Translations under genes and position numbers: made by a program
Source: Squalus acanthias
Lineage: Eukaryota
Assembly (NCBI GenBank): GCA_030390025.1
Contig: JASTWF010000048.1
Location: 248,001 to 312,000, forward strand
Direction: 5' to 3'
DNA length: 64,000 nt
Shown here: in pieces, positions 1-9,688 of the stretch
Position numbering within the stretch: position 1 is the first letter of the stretch
How the letters are laid out: each line of letters opens with the position of its first letter
Notes under the pieces: generated by a model
Database searches by the model: none
Told to the model about the DNA's origin: nothing
The model's input: the letters and a program-made list of their open reading frames with translations, nothing else

Positions 1-173
1 GGCTGTGAATCAGCGGAGGAGCGGTGGAGCGGTGCTGTCAATCAGAGAGGGAGGGGCCTGCATCACTTCCTTCCGCTCGTCAATGATTTGAAAAGAGCGG
101 GTTGAATCCTCACAAGACTCAATGCTCTTGTTTTTACTGATTTCATTTTTAAAAGTAAATCTTGAAGTGAAAG

Positions 174-708
174 ATGTATCTATTACTGAATCTTATGATC
201 TTATTTCAACGTAAGGGATTTTTTCACACAATAATCTTTGTAAATAAACTTTCTTTACTCTTTATTTCTTTCCTTCTTTTTTTATTCCTTTCGTTTCTTT
301 CTATTCTTTCCTTCGTTGTTTCCTTCATTCTCTCGCTCTTTACTTGTTTCAAACTCCACAACAAAGAATGCCCCTGTTTACTGACCTCCTTGTCTCACCG
401 TCTCTTTCCCAGATGTGAACTCGCAGACGATTCGCCAGACTCCAGCTGCTCTCTCCAATATTCCTGGGGAGGGAGTGGAACTAAAGTGCGACGTGGAGGG
501 CGGCAGTAGCGGTAACATGTACTGGTACAGACAGGACCCGGGGAAGGAGCCGCGGTTGATGTTTTACTCCACGATTGCTAATCACGTGACTGCAGAGGGG
601 ACGGTGTACGGTTTTATCGCTGAGCGACCGAATGACAACGAGTTCAACCTGAAGTCGTCCCACCTGCTGGCAAATCACTCGGCCTTGTATTACTGCGCCT
701 GGAGTCTT
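174..708 (+). CDS. TRBV: TCR beta V segment, family A (TRBV30-like); leader exon 174-210, V exon 413-708; apparently functional
   Basis: Leader MYLLLNLMILFQ|GTAAG; acceptor TTTCCCAG; V domain with C23, WYRQ and YYCAWS; RSS follows directly. Confidence 0.9.
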
Positions 709-747
709 CACAGTGACTCAGAGAGATGGAGGAGCTCAACAAAAACC
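709..747 (+). other. 23-RSS (recombination signal sequence)
   Basis: CACAGTG + 23 bp + ACAAAAACC, a perfect consensus. Confidence 0.97.
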
Positions 748-1217
748 CCAAAGGCGGCAGGTAACAGCTGTTGTTGATGCAACAGCGCGGTGCCGCATCC
801 TGTAAGGTTTATTTTGCAGAGCGAATGTGTTTTGACAAGAAGAAAAAGGTTTGAACAAATGTGAGAAATTACATTTAAAAAAGGTTCAGGAGAAGCTGCA
901 AAGAAATATTAATTTCGAGGTAATGAAGAACGCAAGGAAGATAGAAAGAAAGATAAAAAGAAAGAAGGAAAGAAAGGGAGGAAGAAAGAAGAAAGACAGA
1001 AAGACAGCAAGAAAGAATGATATAAAGAAAGAAACAAGTCCGAAAAGAAAGAAAGGTCGATAGAAAGAAAGAAATTCAGAAAGAAAGGAAGAAAGATAGA
1101 CAGAAAGAAAGAAAGAAAGATACACAGGAAGAAAAAAGGAAAGATAAAAATAAGGAAATGTCGTAAAAAGACTGTCGAGCTTTTACACATTGACAATGTG
1201 TTTTCTTTCTCCACAGA

Positions 1218-1234
1218 GACTGAAGAGGGCGCTC
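1218..1234 (+). promoter_or_regulatory. CTCF-like motif downstream of family A V (paralogs at 14403, 16723, 22844, 25995, 36701, 39507, 41857, 48171, 50433, 57846, 59798)
   Basis: Copies fit (G/C)AC(A/T)(G/A)NAG(A/G)GGGCGCTC, resembling the CTCF core CCASYAGRKGGCRS; same orientation in every copy. Confidence 0.65.
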
Positions 1235-1345
1235 TAGGACCATGAACCACACGTTTGCTTGTAATATGGTTTAATATGGTTTAATATGGAATAAAAATGA
1301 GAAGTCGCACAACACCAGGTTATAGTCCAACAGATTTTATAATAT

Positions 1346-1381
1346 TACAAGCTTTCGGAGCTATTGCCTCTTCTTCAGGTA
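1346..1381 (-). ncRNA. Minimal type I hammerhead ribozyme motif in the Penelope terminal arm
   Basis: Reverse strand reads UAC-CUGAAGA-A-GAGGC AAUA GCUCC-GAA-AGCU-U-GUA. Confidence 0.65.
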
Positions 1382-1639
1382 GAGTTACAATGACTGAATC
1401 TACAAAAGTTCACAGAATATAAACACAGAAAATGCAGAGATACAATCTTTCCTTACGTCAAAGACACACCAAGAGCACAGCCAAGAAAAAGAGATGTGTC
1501 CCAGGGGGTCCAACGTGTCAAATCCTGCTGTCTGTAGCAAATCTCTCTCCATATCCCTTCCTCTCTCTCCGTCTTTTTTGTGTTTGTATTTTGGGTTTGT
1601 TTTTTTGTGTTTGTTTTTTAAAAACTGGAAAGACAGACA

Positions 1640-3680
1640 ACGATGTCAAGTTACGTTTTGTAGCGTGACATGAACTCGATATCCCTATTGAGACCGTCCT
1701 CATGAGTGCGGAACTTGGCTATCAGTTTATGCTCGATGATTTTGCTTTGTCGTGTGTCTCGAAGGCCGCCTTGGAGAACGCTAACCCGCTATCTGAGGCT
1801 GTATGCCCTTGACTGCTGAAGTGTTCCCCAACTGGGAGGCAACCATCCTGCCTGGCGATTGTTGCGTGGTGTCCGTTCAAATGTTGTCTCAGTGTCTGCA
1901 TGGTCTCGCCGATGTACCATGCTCTGGGGCATCCTTTCCTGCAACGTATGAGGTAGACAACGTTGGCCGAGTCACATGAGTATGTACCATGTACCTGGTG
2001 GGTAGTGTCCTCATGCGTGATGACGGTATCTGTGTTCATGATCTGGCATGTCTTGCAGAGGTTGCTGTGGCAGGGTTGTGTGGTGTCGTGGTCGCTGTTC
2101 TCCTGACAGCTGGATAATTTGCTGCAAACGATGGCACTTTTGTGGTTAGGCGGCTGCTTGAAGGCGAGTAGTGGAGGCGTGGGGATGGCCTTAGCAAGGT
2201 TTTCATCGTCATCGATGACATGTTGAAGGCTGCGAAGAACATGGCGTAGTTTCTCCGCTCCGGGGAAGTACTGGACGACGTAGGGTACCCTATTGGTTGT
2301 GTCCCGTGTTCCCCTTCTGAGGAGCCCTATGTGGTTTTTCGCTGTGGCCCGTTGGAACTGTCGATCGACGAGTCGAGCCTCATATCCCGTTCTTACGAGG
2401 GCGTCTTTCAGCGTCTGCAGGTGTCCATCGCGTTCCTCCTCGTCTGAGTAGATTCTGTGTGTTCGCAGGGCTTGTCCATAGGGGACGGCTTCTTTAACGT
2501 GATTAGGGTGGAAGCTGGAGAAGTGGAGCATCGTTAGGTTGTCCGTGGGCTTGCGGTAGAGTGAAGTGCTGAGGCGTCCGTCTTTGATGGAGATTCGTGT
2601 GTCCAAGAATGAAACCGATTCTGAGGAGTTGTCCATGGTGAGTTTGATGGTGGGATGGAACCTGTTGATGCTATCGTGTAGTCCTTTCAGTGATCCTTCG
2701 CCGTGGGTCCAAAGGAAGAAGATGTCGTCGATGTATCTGGTGTACAGCGTTGCTTGGAGGTCCTGTGCAGCGAAGAAGTCTTGCTCGAACTTGTGCATGA
2801 AGATGTTGGTGTATTGGGGTGCGAATTCGGTCCCCATGGCTGTTCCGTGTGTTTGGGTAAAAAACTGGTTGTCGAAGGTGAAGACATTGTGGTCAAGGAT
2901 GAAGAGGATGAGTTGTGGGATGGCGTCTGGAGATTGGCTGTTGTTGGTGTTGACTAATGAGGCTGTCGCAGCGATGCCGTCATCGTGGGGGATACTGGTG
3001 TAGAGTGCCGATACGTCCATCGTGGCGAGGAGTGTTCCTAGTTCAACTGGTCCATGGGTGCTGAGTTTCTTCAAGAAGTCTGCAGTGTCGCGACAGAAGC
3101 TGGGGGTTCCCTGTACGGTGGGTTTCAGGATGCCCTCGACGTACCCAGAGAGGTTCTCACACAGGGTTCCGTTGCCTGATACGATAGGACGTCCGGGTGT
3201 GTTGGCTTTGTGTATCTTTGGGAGGCAGTAAAAGTCTCCTACGCGGGGAGTACGTGGGATGAGAGCGCGTAGGATGCTTTGAAGGTCTGGATCGAAGGTC
3301 TTGATCAGTCTATTGAGTTGGCGGGTGTGTGTTCTTTGGTTGGTCTGCGTGTAACTGTCTGTAGTGTTCCTGGTTGTCCAGTTGTCGGTATGCTTCTTTG
3401 CAATAGTGCATTCTGTTCTGTATGACGATGGCTTCTCCTTTGTCCGCTGGTTTGATGACGATGTTGCGATTGGTCTTGAGAGCGAGGATGGCGTTGCGTT
3501 GTGCTCGGGTGACATTCTGGACTCTCTTGTGAGTGCGGCTGATGAATCTGGCGTTGATGCATTTACTGACAGCTTGAGCATACATGTCAAGCTTAGGGCA
3601 GCGGCACTCCGGAGGGGTACAATTTGACTCTTTCTTCTTCGGTTGCTGCACTGCGGTTCCCTCTGTCTGCTGTTCTGGAT
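1640..3680 (-). pseudogene. Penelope-like RT + GIY-YIG endonuclease ORF, frameshifted near 3335 and 1790, N-terminus missing
   Basis: ORFs 3310-3702 (KPADKG) and 1722-3761 (YIDD, GIY-YIG) lie in different frames; the true C-terminus ..HEDGLNRDI.FMSRYKT* is seen intact in the inverted copy. Confidence 0.85.
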
Positions 3681-4231
3681 CATGGCAACCTCTGCAAGAC
3701 ATGCCAGATCATGAACACAGATACCATCATCACACGTGAGGACACTACCCACCAGGTACATGGTACATACTCATGTGACTCGGCCAACGTTGTCGACCTG
3801 ACACGTTACAGGAAAGGATGCTCTCGAGCATGGTACATCGGCGAGACCATGCAGACACTGAGACAACGTATGAACGGACACCACGCAACAATCGCCAGGC
3901 AGGATGGTTGCCTCCCAGTCGGGGAAAACTGCAGCTGTCAAGGGCATTCAGTCTCGGATCTGCGGGTTAGCGTTATCCAAGGCGGCCTGCGAGACACACG
4001 ACAACGCAAAATCATCGAGCAGAAACTGATAGCCAAGTTCCGCACTCATGAGGACGGCCTCAATAGGGATATCGGGTTCATGTCACGCTACAAAACGTAA
4101 CTTGACATCGTTGTCTGTCTTTCCAGTTTTTAAAAAAAAAACACAAAAAAACAAACCCAAAATACAAACCCAAAAAAGACGAAGAGAGAGGAAGGGATAT
4201 GGAGAGAGATCTGCTACAGACAGCAGGATTT

Positions 4232-6258
4232 AGAAACATAGAAACATAGAAAATAGGTACAGGAGTAGACCATTCGGTCCTTCGAGCCTGCACCGCCATT
4301 CAATGCGTTCATGGCTGAACATGCTACCTCAGTACCCCATTCCTGCTTTCTCGCCATACCCCTTGATCCCCTTAGTTGTGAGTGTTATATCTAACTCCCT
4401 TTTGAATATATTTAGCGAACTGGCCTCAACAACCTTCTGTGGAAGAGAATTCCATAGATTCACCACTCTCTGGGTGAAGAAGTTCCTCCTCAGCTCAGTC
4501 CTAAATGGCTTCCCCTTAATCCTTAGACTGTGACCCCTGGTTCTAGTTTTCCCTACCATTGGGAACATTCTGCCCGCATCTAATTTGTCTAAACCAGTCA
4601 GGATTTTAAATGTCTCTATAAGATCCCCCCTCATTCTTCTTAACTCCAGAGGATACAAGTTCAGTTGACCCAATCTTTCTTGATATGTCAGTCCGGCCAT
4701 CCCAGGAATCAATCTAGTGAACCTTCGCTGCACTCCCTCAATAGCAAGAATGTCCTTCCTTAAGTTAGGAGACCAAAACTGCGCACAATACTCCAGGTGT
4801 GGCCTCACCAAGGCCCTGTACAACTGTAGCATCACCTCCCTACTCCTGTACTCAAATCCCCTTGCTATGAAGGCCATCATTCCGTTTGCTTTCTTGACTG
4901 CCTGCTGCACTTGCATTCCCACCTTCAGTGACTGATGTACCATGACGCCCAGGTCTCGTTGCACGTCCCCTTTCCCTAATCTGCCACCATTCAGGTAATA
5001 GTCCGCCTCTCTATTTTTACCACCAAAGTGGATAACCTCACATTTATCCACATTGTACTTCATCTGCCATACATTTGCCCATTCACCCAACCTGTCCAAG
5101 TCACTCTGTAGCCTCCTAGCATCCTCCTCATTGTTCACACTGCCTCCCAATTTAGTGTCATCCGCAAATTTGGAGATATTACATTTAATCCCTTCGTCCA
5201 AATCATTAATATATAATGTAAACAGCTGGGGTCCCAGCACCGAACCCTGCGGTACCCCGCTGGTCACTGCCTGCCATTCTGAAAAGTACCCATTTACTCC
5301 TACTCTTTGTTTCCTGTGTGCCAACCAGTTCTCAATCCACGTCAACACATTACCCCCAATCCCATGTGCTTTAACTTTGCTCACCAATCTCTTGTGTGGG
5401 ACCTTGTCGAAGGCCTTCTGAAAGTCCAAATACACCACATCTACTGGTTCCCCCCTGTCCACCCTATTGGAAACATCCTCAAAAAATTCCAGAAGATTTG
5501 TCAAGCATGATTTCCCTTTCACAAATCCATGCTGACTTGGACCTATCATGTCGCCACTTTCCAAATGGTCTGTTATGACATCTTTAATAATTGCTTCCAT
5601 CATTTTACCCACGACCGATGTCAGGCTGACCGGTCTATAATTCCCTGCTTTCTCCCTCCCTCCTTTTTTAAAAAGAGGGGTTACATTGGCCACCCTCCAC
5701 TCCATCGGAACTGATCCAGAGTCTAAGGAATGTTGGAAAATGATCGTCAATGCATCCACTATTTCCAAGGCCACCTCCTTAAGTACTCTGGGATGCAGAC
5801 CATCAGGCCCCGGGGATTTTTCAGCCTTCAGTCCCATCAATTTCCCCAATACCTTTTCCCGACTAATAAGGATTTCCCTCAGCTCCTCCCTCTTACCAGA
5901 TCCTCTGACCCCTTTTATTTCCGGCAGGTTGTGTGTGTCCTCCACAGTAAACACCGAACCAAAGTACTTGTTCAATTGATCTGCCATTTCCTTGTTCCCC
6001 ATTACGACTTCCCCTGTTTCCGACTGCAGGGGACCTACGTTTGTTTTTACTAACCTCTTTCTTTTTACATATTTATAGAAGCTTTTGCAGTCCATTTTAA
6101 TGTTCTCTGCAAGCTTCCTTTCATATATTATTTTCCCAGCCCTAATCAAACCCTTCGTCCTCCTCTGCTGAGTTTTGAAGTTCTCCCAGTCCCCGGGTTT
6201 GCTGCTACTTCTGGCCAATTTGTATGCAACTTCCTTGGTTTTAATACTATCCCTGATT
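4232..6258 (-). mobile_element. Young 5'-truncated CR1 LINE nested in the Penelope inverted arm
   Basis: Uninterrupted RT (SPGPDG, NYRPVSL, LDFQKAFD, GVPQGS, FADD) to a stop at 4329; 3' tail (TTTCTATG)n; GATTT at both junctions. Confidence 0.95.
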
Positions 6259-6347
6259 TGACACTTTGGACCCCCTGGGACACAACTCATTGTCTTGGCT
6301 GTGCTCTTGGTGTGTCTTTGATGTAAGGAAAGATTGTATCTCTGCAT
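4329..6347 (-). CDS. Chimeric 672-aa ORF: about 30 aa from the Penelope arm fused in frame to the CR1 ORF2 RT domain (no endonuclease)
   Basis: MQRYNLSLHQRHTKSTAKTMSCVPGGPKCQ matches the Penelope arm (compare ORF 1432+) and runs into CR1 IRDSIKTKE...; expression unknown. Confidence 0.45.
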   Translation of the reverse strand: MQRYNLSLHQRHTKSTAKTMSCVPGGPKCQIRDSIKTKEVAYKLARSSSKPGDWENFKTQQRRTKGLIRAGKIIYERKLAENIKMDCKSFYKYVKRKRLVKTNVGPLQSETGEVVMGNKEMADQLNKYFGSVFTVEDTHNLPEIKGVRGSGKREELREILISREKVLGKLMGLKAEKSPGPDGLHPRVLKEVALEIVDALTIIFQHSLDSGSVPMEWRVANVTPLFKKGGREKAGNYRPVSLTSVVGKMMEAIIKDVITDHLESGDMIGPSQHGFVKGKSCLTNLLEFFEDVSNRVDRGEPVDVVYLDFQKAFDKVPHKRLVSKVKAHGIGGNVLTWIENWLAHRKQRVGVNGYFSEWQAVTSGVPQGSVLGPQLFTLYINDLDEGIKCNISKFADDTKLGGSVNNEEDARRLQSDLDRLGEWANVWQMKYNVDKCEVIHFGGKNREADYYLNGGRLGKGDVQRDLGVMVHQSLKVGMQVQQAVKKANGMMAFIARGFEYRSREVMLQLYRALVRPHLEYCAQFWSPNLRKDILAIEGVQRRFTRLIPGMAGLTYQERLGQLNLYPLELRRMRGDLIETFKILTGLDKLDAGRMFPMVGKTRTRGHSLRIKGKPFRTELRRNFFTQRVVNLWNSLPQKVVEASSLNIFKRELDITLTTKGIKGYGEKAGMGY

Positions 6348-6397
6348 TTTCTGTGTTTATATTCTGTGAACATTTGTAGATTCACTCACTGTAACTC

Positions 6398-6433
6398 TAC
6401 CTGAAGAAGGGGCGATAGCTCCGAAAGCTTGTA
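6398..6433 (+). ncRNA. Minimal type I hammerhead ribozyme motif
   Basis: UAC-CUGAAGA-A-GGGGC GAUA GCUCC-GAA-AGCU-U-GUA; palindromic AGCU in place of stem III. Confidence 0.7.
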
Positions 6434-7085
6434 ATATTAAATAAACCGGTTGGACTATAACCTGGTGTTGTGCGACTCCTGATTTTTGTCCACCCCAGTC
6501 CAACGCTGGCATCTCCGCATCATAATATGAAACAGAAGGAGGTCATCCAGTCCCCTTGAGCCTGTTACATAGGAACAGGAAAAGGCCAATAAGCATCCTC
6601 GGGACCGTATACACAGGAACAGAAAGAGACCATTCAGCCGCCGAGCCTGTTACACAGGAACAGAAGGAGGCCATTCAGCCCCGCGACACTGCTATGCCAG
6701 CCAATGAGATCATGGTTGATGTGTATCTTCATTCTATCTAACCGCTTTTTATCCATGAATTTCGATACACTTACCCAACAAATATCTATCACTCACAGTC
6801 CTGAAAGCTCCAAATGACCCTCAGCCTTAACAGACTCTTGGAGGAAAGAGTTCCACATTTCCACTACTATTCTGTGAAGAGGTGTTTTTGACACAATGCC
6901 TGAAAGACCTAACTCTACTCTATCAACTTGTTTTAACATTTACAAATCTCAATCAGTACAGCACTGAATCTTCTATACTCAAGGTAATATAGGTCATGAT
7001 GTGGAGATGCCGGCGTTGGACTGGGGTGGACAAAAATGAGACGTCGCACAACACCAGGTTATAGTCCAACAGATTTATTTAATTT

Positions 7086-7122
7086 TACAAGCTTTCGGAG
7101 CTGTTCGCTCCTTCCTCAGGTA
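7086..7122 (-). ncRNA. Minimal hammerhead ribozyme motif
   Basis: Reverse strand CUGAGGA-A-GGAGC GAACA GCUCC-GAA-AGCU-U-GUA. Confidence 0.7.
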
Positions 7123-7651
7123 GGGTAGCAGTGAGAGAATCTCCCAGAATTCACAATATAAACACAGAAAAAATATATTCAAATCTTTCCCTACATCAAA
7201 GACACACTAAGAGCACAGCCAAGACAATGAGATGTGTCCCAGGGGGTCCAACGTGTCAAAACACCTGCTGGCTGCATATCCTGTCAATTTGTGTTGGTTC
7301 TTGTGTTAGTCTTTTTTAAAAAAAACACCTGGAAAGACCGGCCATGATGTCAAGTCACGTTCTGTATCGTGACATGAACCCGATATCGCGATTGAGGCCA
7401 TCCTCATGAGTGCAGAACTTGGCTATCAGATTCTGCTCTATGATTTTGCGCTGTCGTGTATCCCGAAGGCCGCCTTGGAGAACGCTTACCCGCAGATCCG
7501 AGGCTGAATGCCCCTGACTGCTGAAGTGTTCCCCGACTGGGAGGCAACCCTCCTGCCTGGCGATTGTTGTGTCTTTGATGTAGGGAAAGATTTGAATAGA
7601 TTTTAACTGTGTTTATATTGTGAATTCTGGGAGATTCTCTCACTGCTACCC

Positions 7652-7688
7652 CACCTGAGGAAGGAGCGAACAGCTCCGAAAGCTTGTA
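7652..7688 (+). ncRNA. Minimal hammerhead ribozyme motif
   Basis: CUGAGGA-A-GGAGC GAACA GCUCC-GAA-AGCU-U-GUA. Confidence 0.68.
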
Positions 7689-8540
7689 AAATTAAGTAAA
7701 TCTGTTGGACTATAACCTGGTGTTGTGCGACTTCTCAAGGTAATATAGGCCAAGTTTTGCAATCCTTCCTCATAATTTAATCCGCTCAGTCCCGGGTATC
7801 AGTCTGGTGAATCTGCGTTGCATCCCCTCCAAGTCTATTATATCCTTCCTGAGGTGCGGTTCCCAGAATTGAACTCAGTACACCAGATGGGGACTGATCA
7901 AGTCTCTAGACGACAGAAGAATAGCTTCCTGCCCTTTGTATTCTAGACCCCTTGAGATAAAGGACAACATCCCTTTAGCCTTTTTGATTCATTTTTCCCT
8001 TTCTACCGGCATTTAGTCATTTGTTTACCTGGGCAGTTAAATAATCTTGCTCCTCCGAAATTCCCAGCTTAACACGATTCAGAAAACACTCTGATCTATC
8101 TTTCTTAGATCCCAAGTGGATGACCTCGCATTTCCCACTTCTTCCACTGTTCCTTCTTCCACTGTTTTGCCCGCTCACTTAATCTCTGTGTCCCCTCAGC
8201 AACTCCCGGTTCCCATCTGTTCCACTTCCTGCCAATCAGAGCGCGAGGGGTCGGGCTGTTCATTGGAGATGATGGGGAGGGGCACTCAATCAGGGAAATA
8301 TGACGGGGCTATTAAATATAGAGGGCGGTCGGTGCTATCAATCATCGAGTGAGGGGCGGGGCTGCTAGTCATAGAGGGAGGGGCGGTGCATTGTATGTTC
8401 AGTGTTTTCTTATGAATGATAGAGACCGTTGCCGTTTACACGCGCCAGTTCGGGACTTGCACACAACAGTGTCATTGCTCCTTTCTCTGGACAGCTTGTT
8501 GGTCGAGGGGCTCCCGGTCTCAGACACTCTCTCCCGAACC

Positions 8541-9688
8541 ATGCGGACTTGCCTCCTGTCCTGCACGTTGCCGCTGTTCCTATTGGCGGGTAAGTAAAGC
8601 GAGAGCCCGGTGTCACATGGAGGGCTTTAGCTTTTGGAGTAGGAATGTATTAAAGAGCCTACAAAACAAGGTTTAATTTTCAACAAAAAGAGAAAGAATG
8701 AATGTTTGGATGAGATAAAAAGATGGATAGAAAGATAGAAAGAAAGAATGATAGAACGAAGGAAAGATGGAAAGAAAGACAGAAAGAAAGAAAAAAGAAA
8801 GACAGAAAAAAAATATCTAAAACGAAAGAAAGAACAAAGGAAATGAAGAGAACAGGGTTGGAGCAAGTAGATTATATCTGTTTAGTGACACTTAAAGGAG
8901 ATAAATTGTGTTAAATAAGGGCGGGATGGACATTTAGTTAACAGGGATTCTTCTATAATAGTTGAACCAGAGAGTGACATTTCCACGCCAATCCATATTA
9001 CAAGGAGAGCTCCACTAAACCTATTGGCTCCTGTCTAACTACAAGTGCCTGCGGATTTAGAATTTTAATCTTGTTTTGCCAAATCAACTAAAACCAGAAT
9101 GTCGCGCGGTAGAGCCCGTAGAATGTATATGTTAAGGAGCTTAGGAACCAAGGGGTGAAAGGGTAGACAGAGGAAATCATTTCTCCCTATCTAGCCTATC
9201 CAATCCCTTGGTCAGCTCAATAGATTTATGTGAAAATACAGAAAATACATCGTTTGAAATGAAAAGCAAGAGTGTGAGGGAAAGGGGAAAATCCGTCTCA
9301 GAACAGTAAATAATTAAACTGGTTAGTTGGTCTTATTTCTGGGGAAATAACTGTCTCTCTTTACTGTTCACTTCTATTTTCCTTCGAGGTGTTGGCGAGT
9401 CTCAGAAGATATTGCAGTCCCGGGAGTTTGTGTCGGTGAGAGAGGGCGAGTCTGTGACTATCCCGTGTACCCAACGCGGCAGTGATGCTTATATGTACTG
9501 GTACCGTCAGCTCCCGGGCCTGGGACTCCAGGACCTCTTGTATGCGCTGCATGAAGGTGACCCGACCAGGTCGGAGGGGATCACGGAGAGATTTTGGGCC
9601 AAGGAAACTGCAGATAACTCCTTCGATCTGAAGATATCGATGGTGCGGCCGAATGACACGGCGCGGTATTTCTGTGCCTGCAGTGATG
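8541..9688 (+). CDS. TRBV: TCR beta V segment, family B; leader 8541-8589, V exon 9389-9688; 23-RSS 9689-9727
   Basis: Leader MRTCLLSCTLPLFLLA|GTAAG; V with C23, WYRQ, YFCACSD; RSS CACAGAG-23-ACAAAAACT; acceptor is GAG. Confidence 0.82.

Larger units (their letters stand above)
1294..6523 (-). mobile_element. Penelope-like retroelement (probably Neptune clade), 5'-truncated, with an inverted terminal arm; interrupted by a CR1
   Basis: RT motifs (KPADKG, LPKIHK, GRPIVS, YIDD), Cys linker PCHSNLCKTC and GIY-YIG nuclease (VVYLIRC..YIGET). Arm 1294-2065 is inverted at 3683-4231 plus 6254-6487. Degenerate TSD AATATGGAATA/AATATGAAACA; empty paralogous sites near 16770 and 59845. Confidence 0.92.
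6996..7736 (-). mobile_element. Short non-autonomous Penelope-like derivative (3' end of GIY-YIG + terminal arm + inverted partial arm)
   Basis: Homologous to 1294-1865; inverted repeat about 7038-7207 / 7567-7737; TSD CTCAAGGTAATATAGG at 6978-6993 and 7734-7749. Confidence 0.9.

Noticed and set aside
415-777. ORF extensions past the V end (LHSDSERWRSSTK.., AQRLRKRLPR..) as real C-terminal tails
   Set aside because: Read-through of the RSS; removed on rearrangement
851-1250. ORFs rich in F/L/S or K/R/E here and in similar tracts (12636-13416, 39059-39571, 46355-46847, 50048-50467, 56059-56742)
   Set aside because: Translations of GAAA/GA microsatellites; no coding signal
1722-3761. 679-aa ORF as an intact active Penelope protein
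   Set aside because: The N-terminal ~140 aa are out-of-frame or inverted-arm sequence; frameshifts near 3335 and 1790
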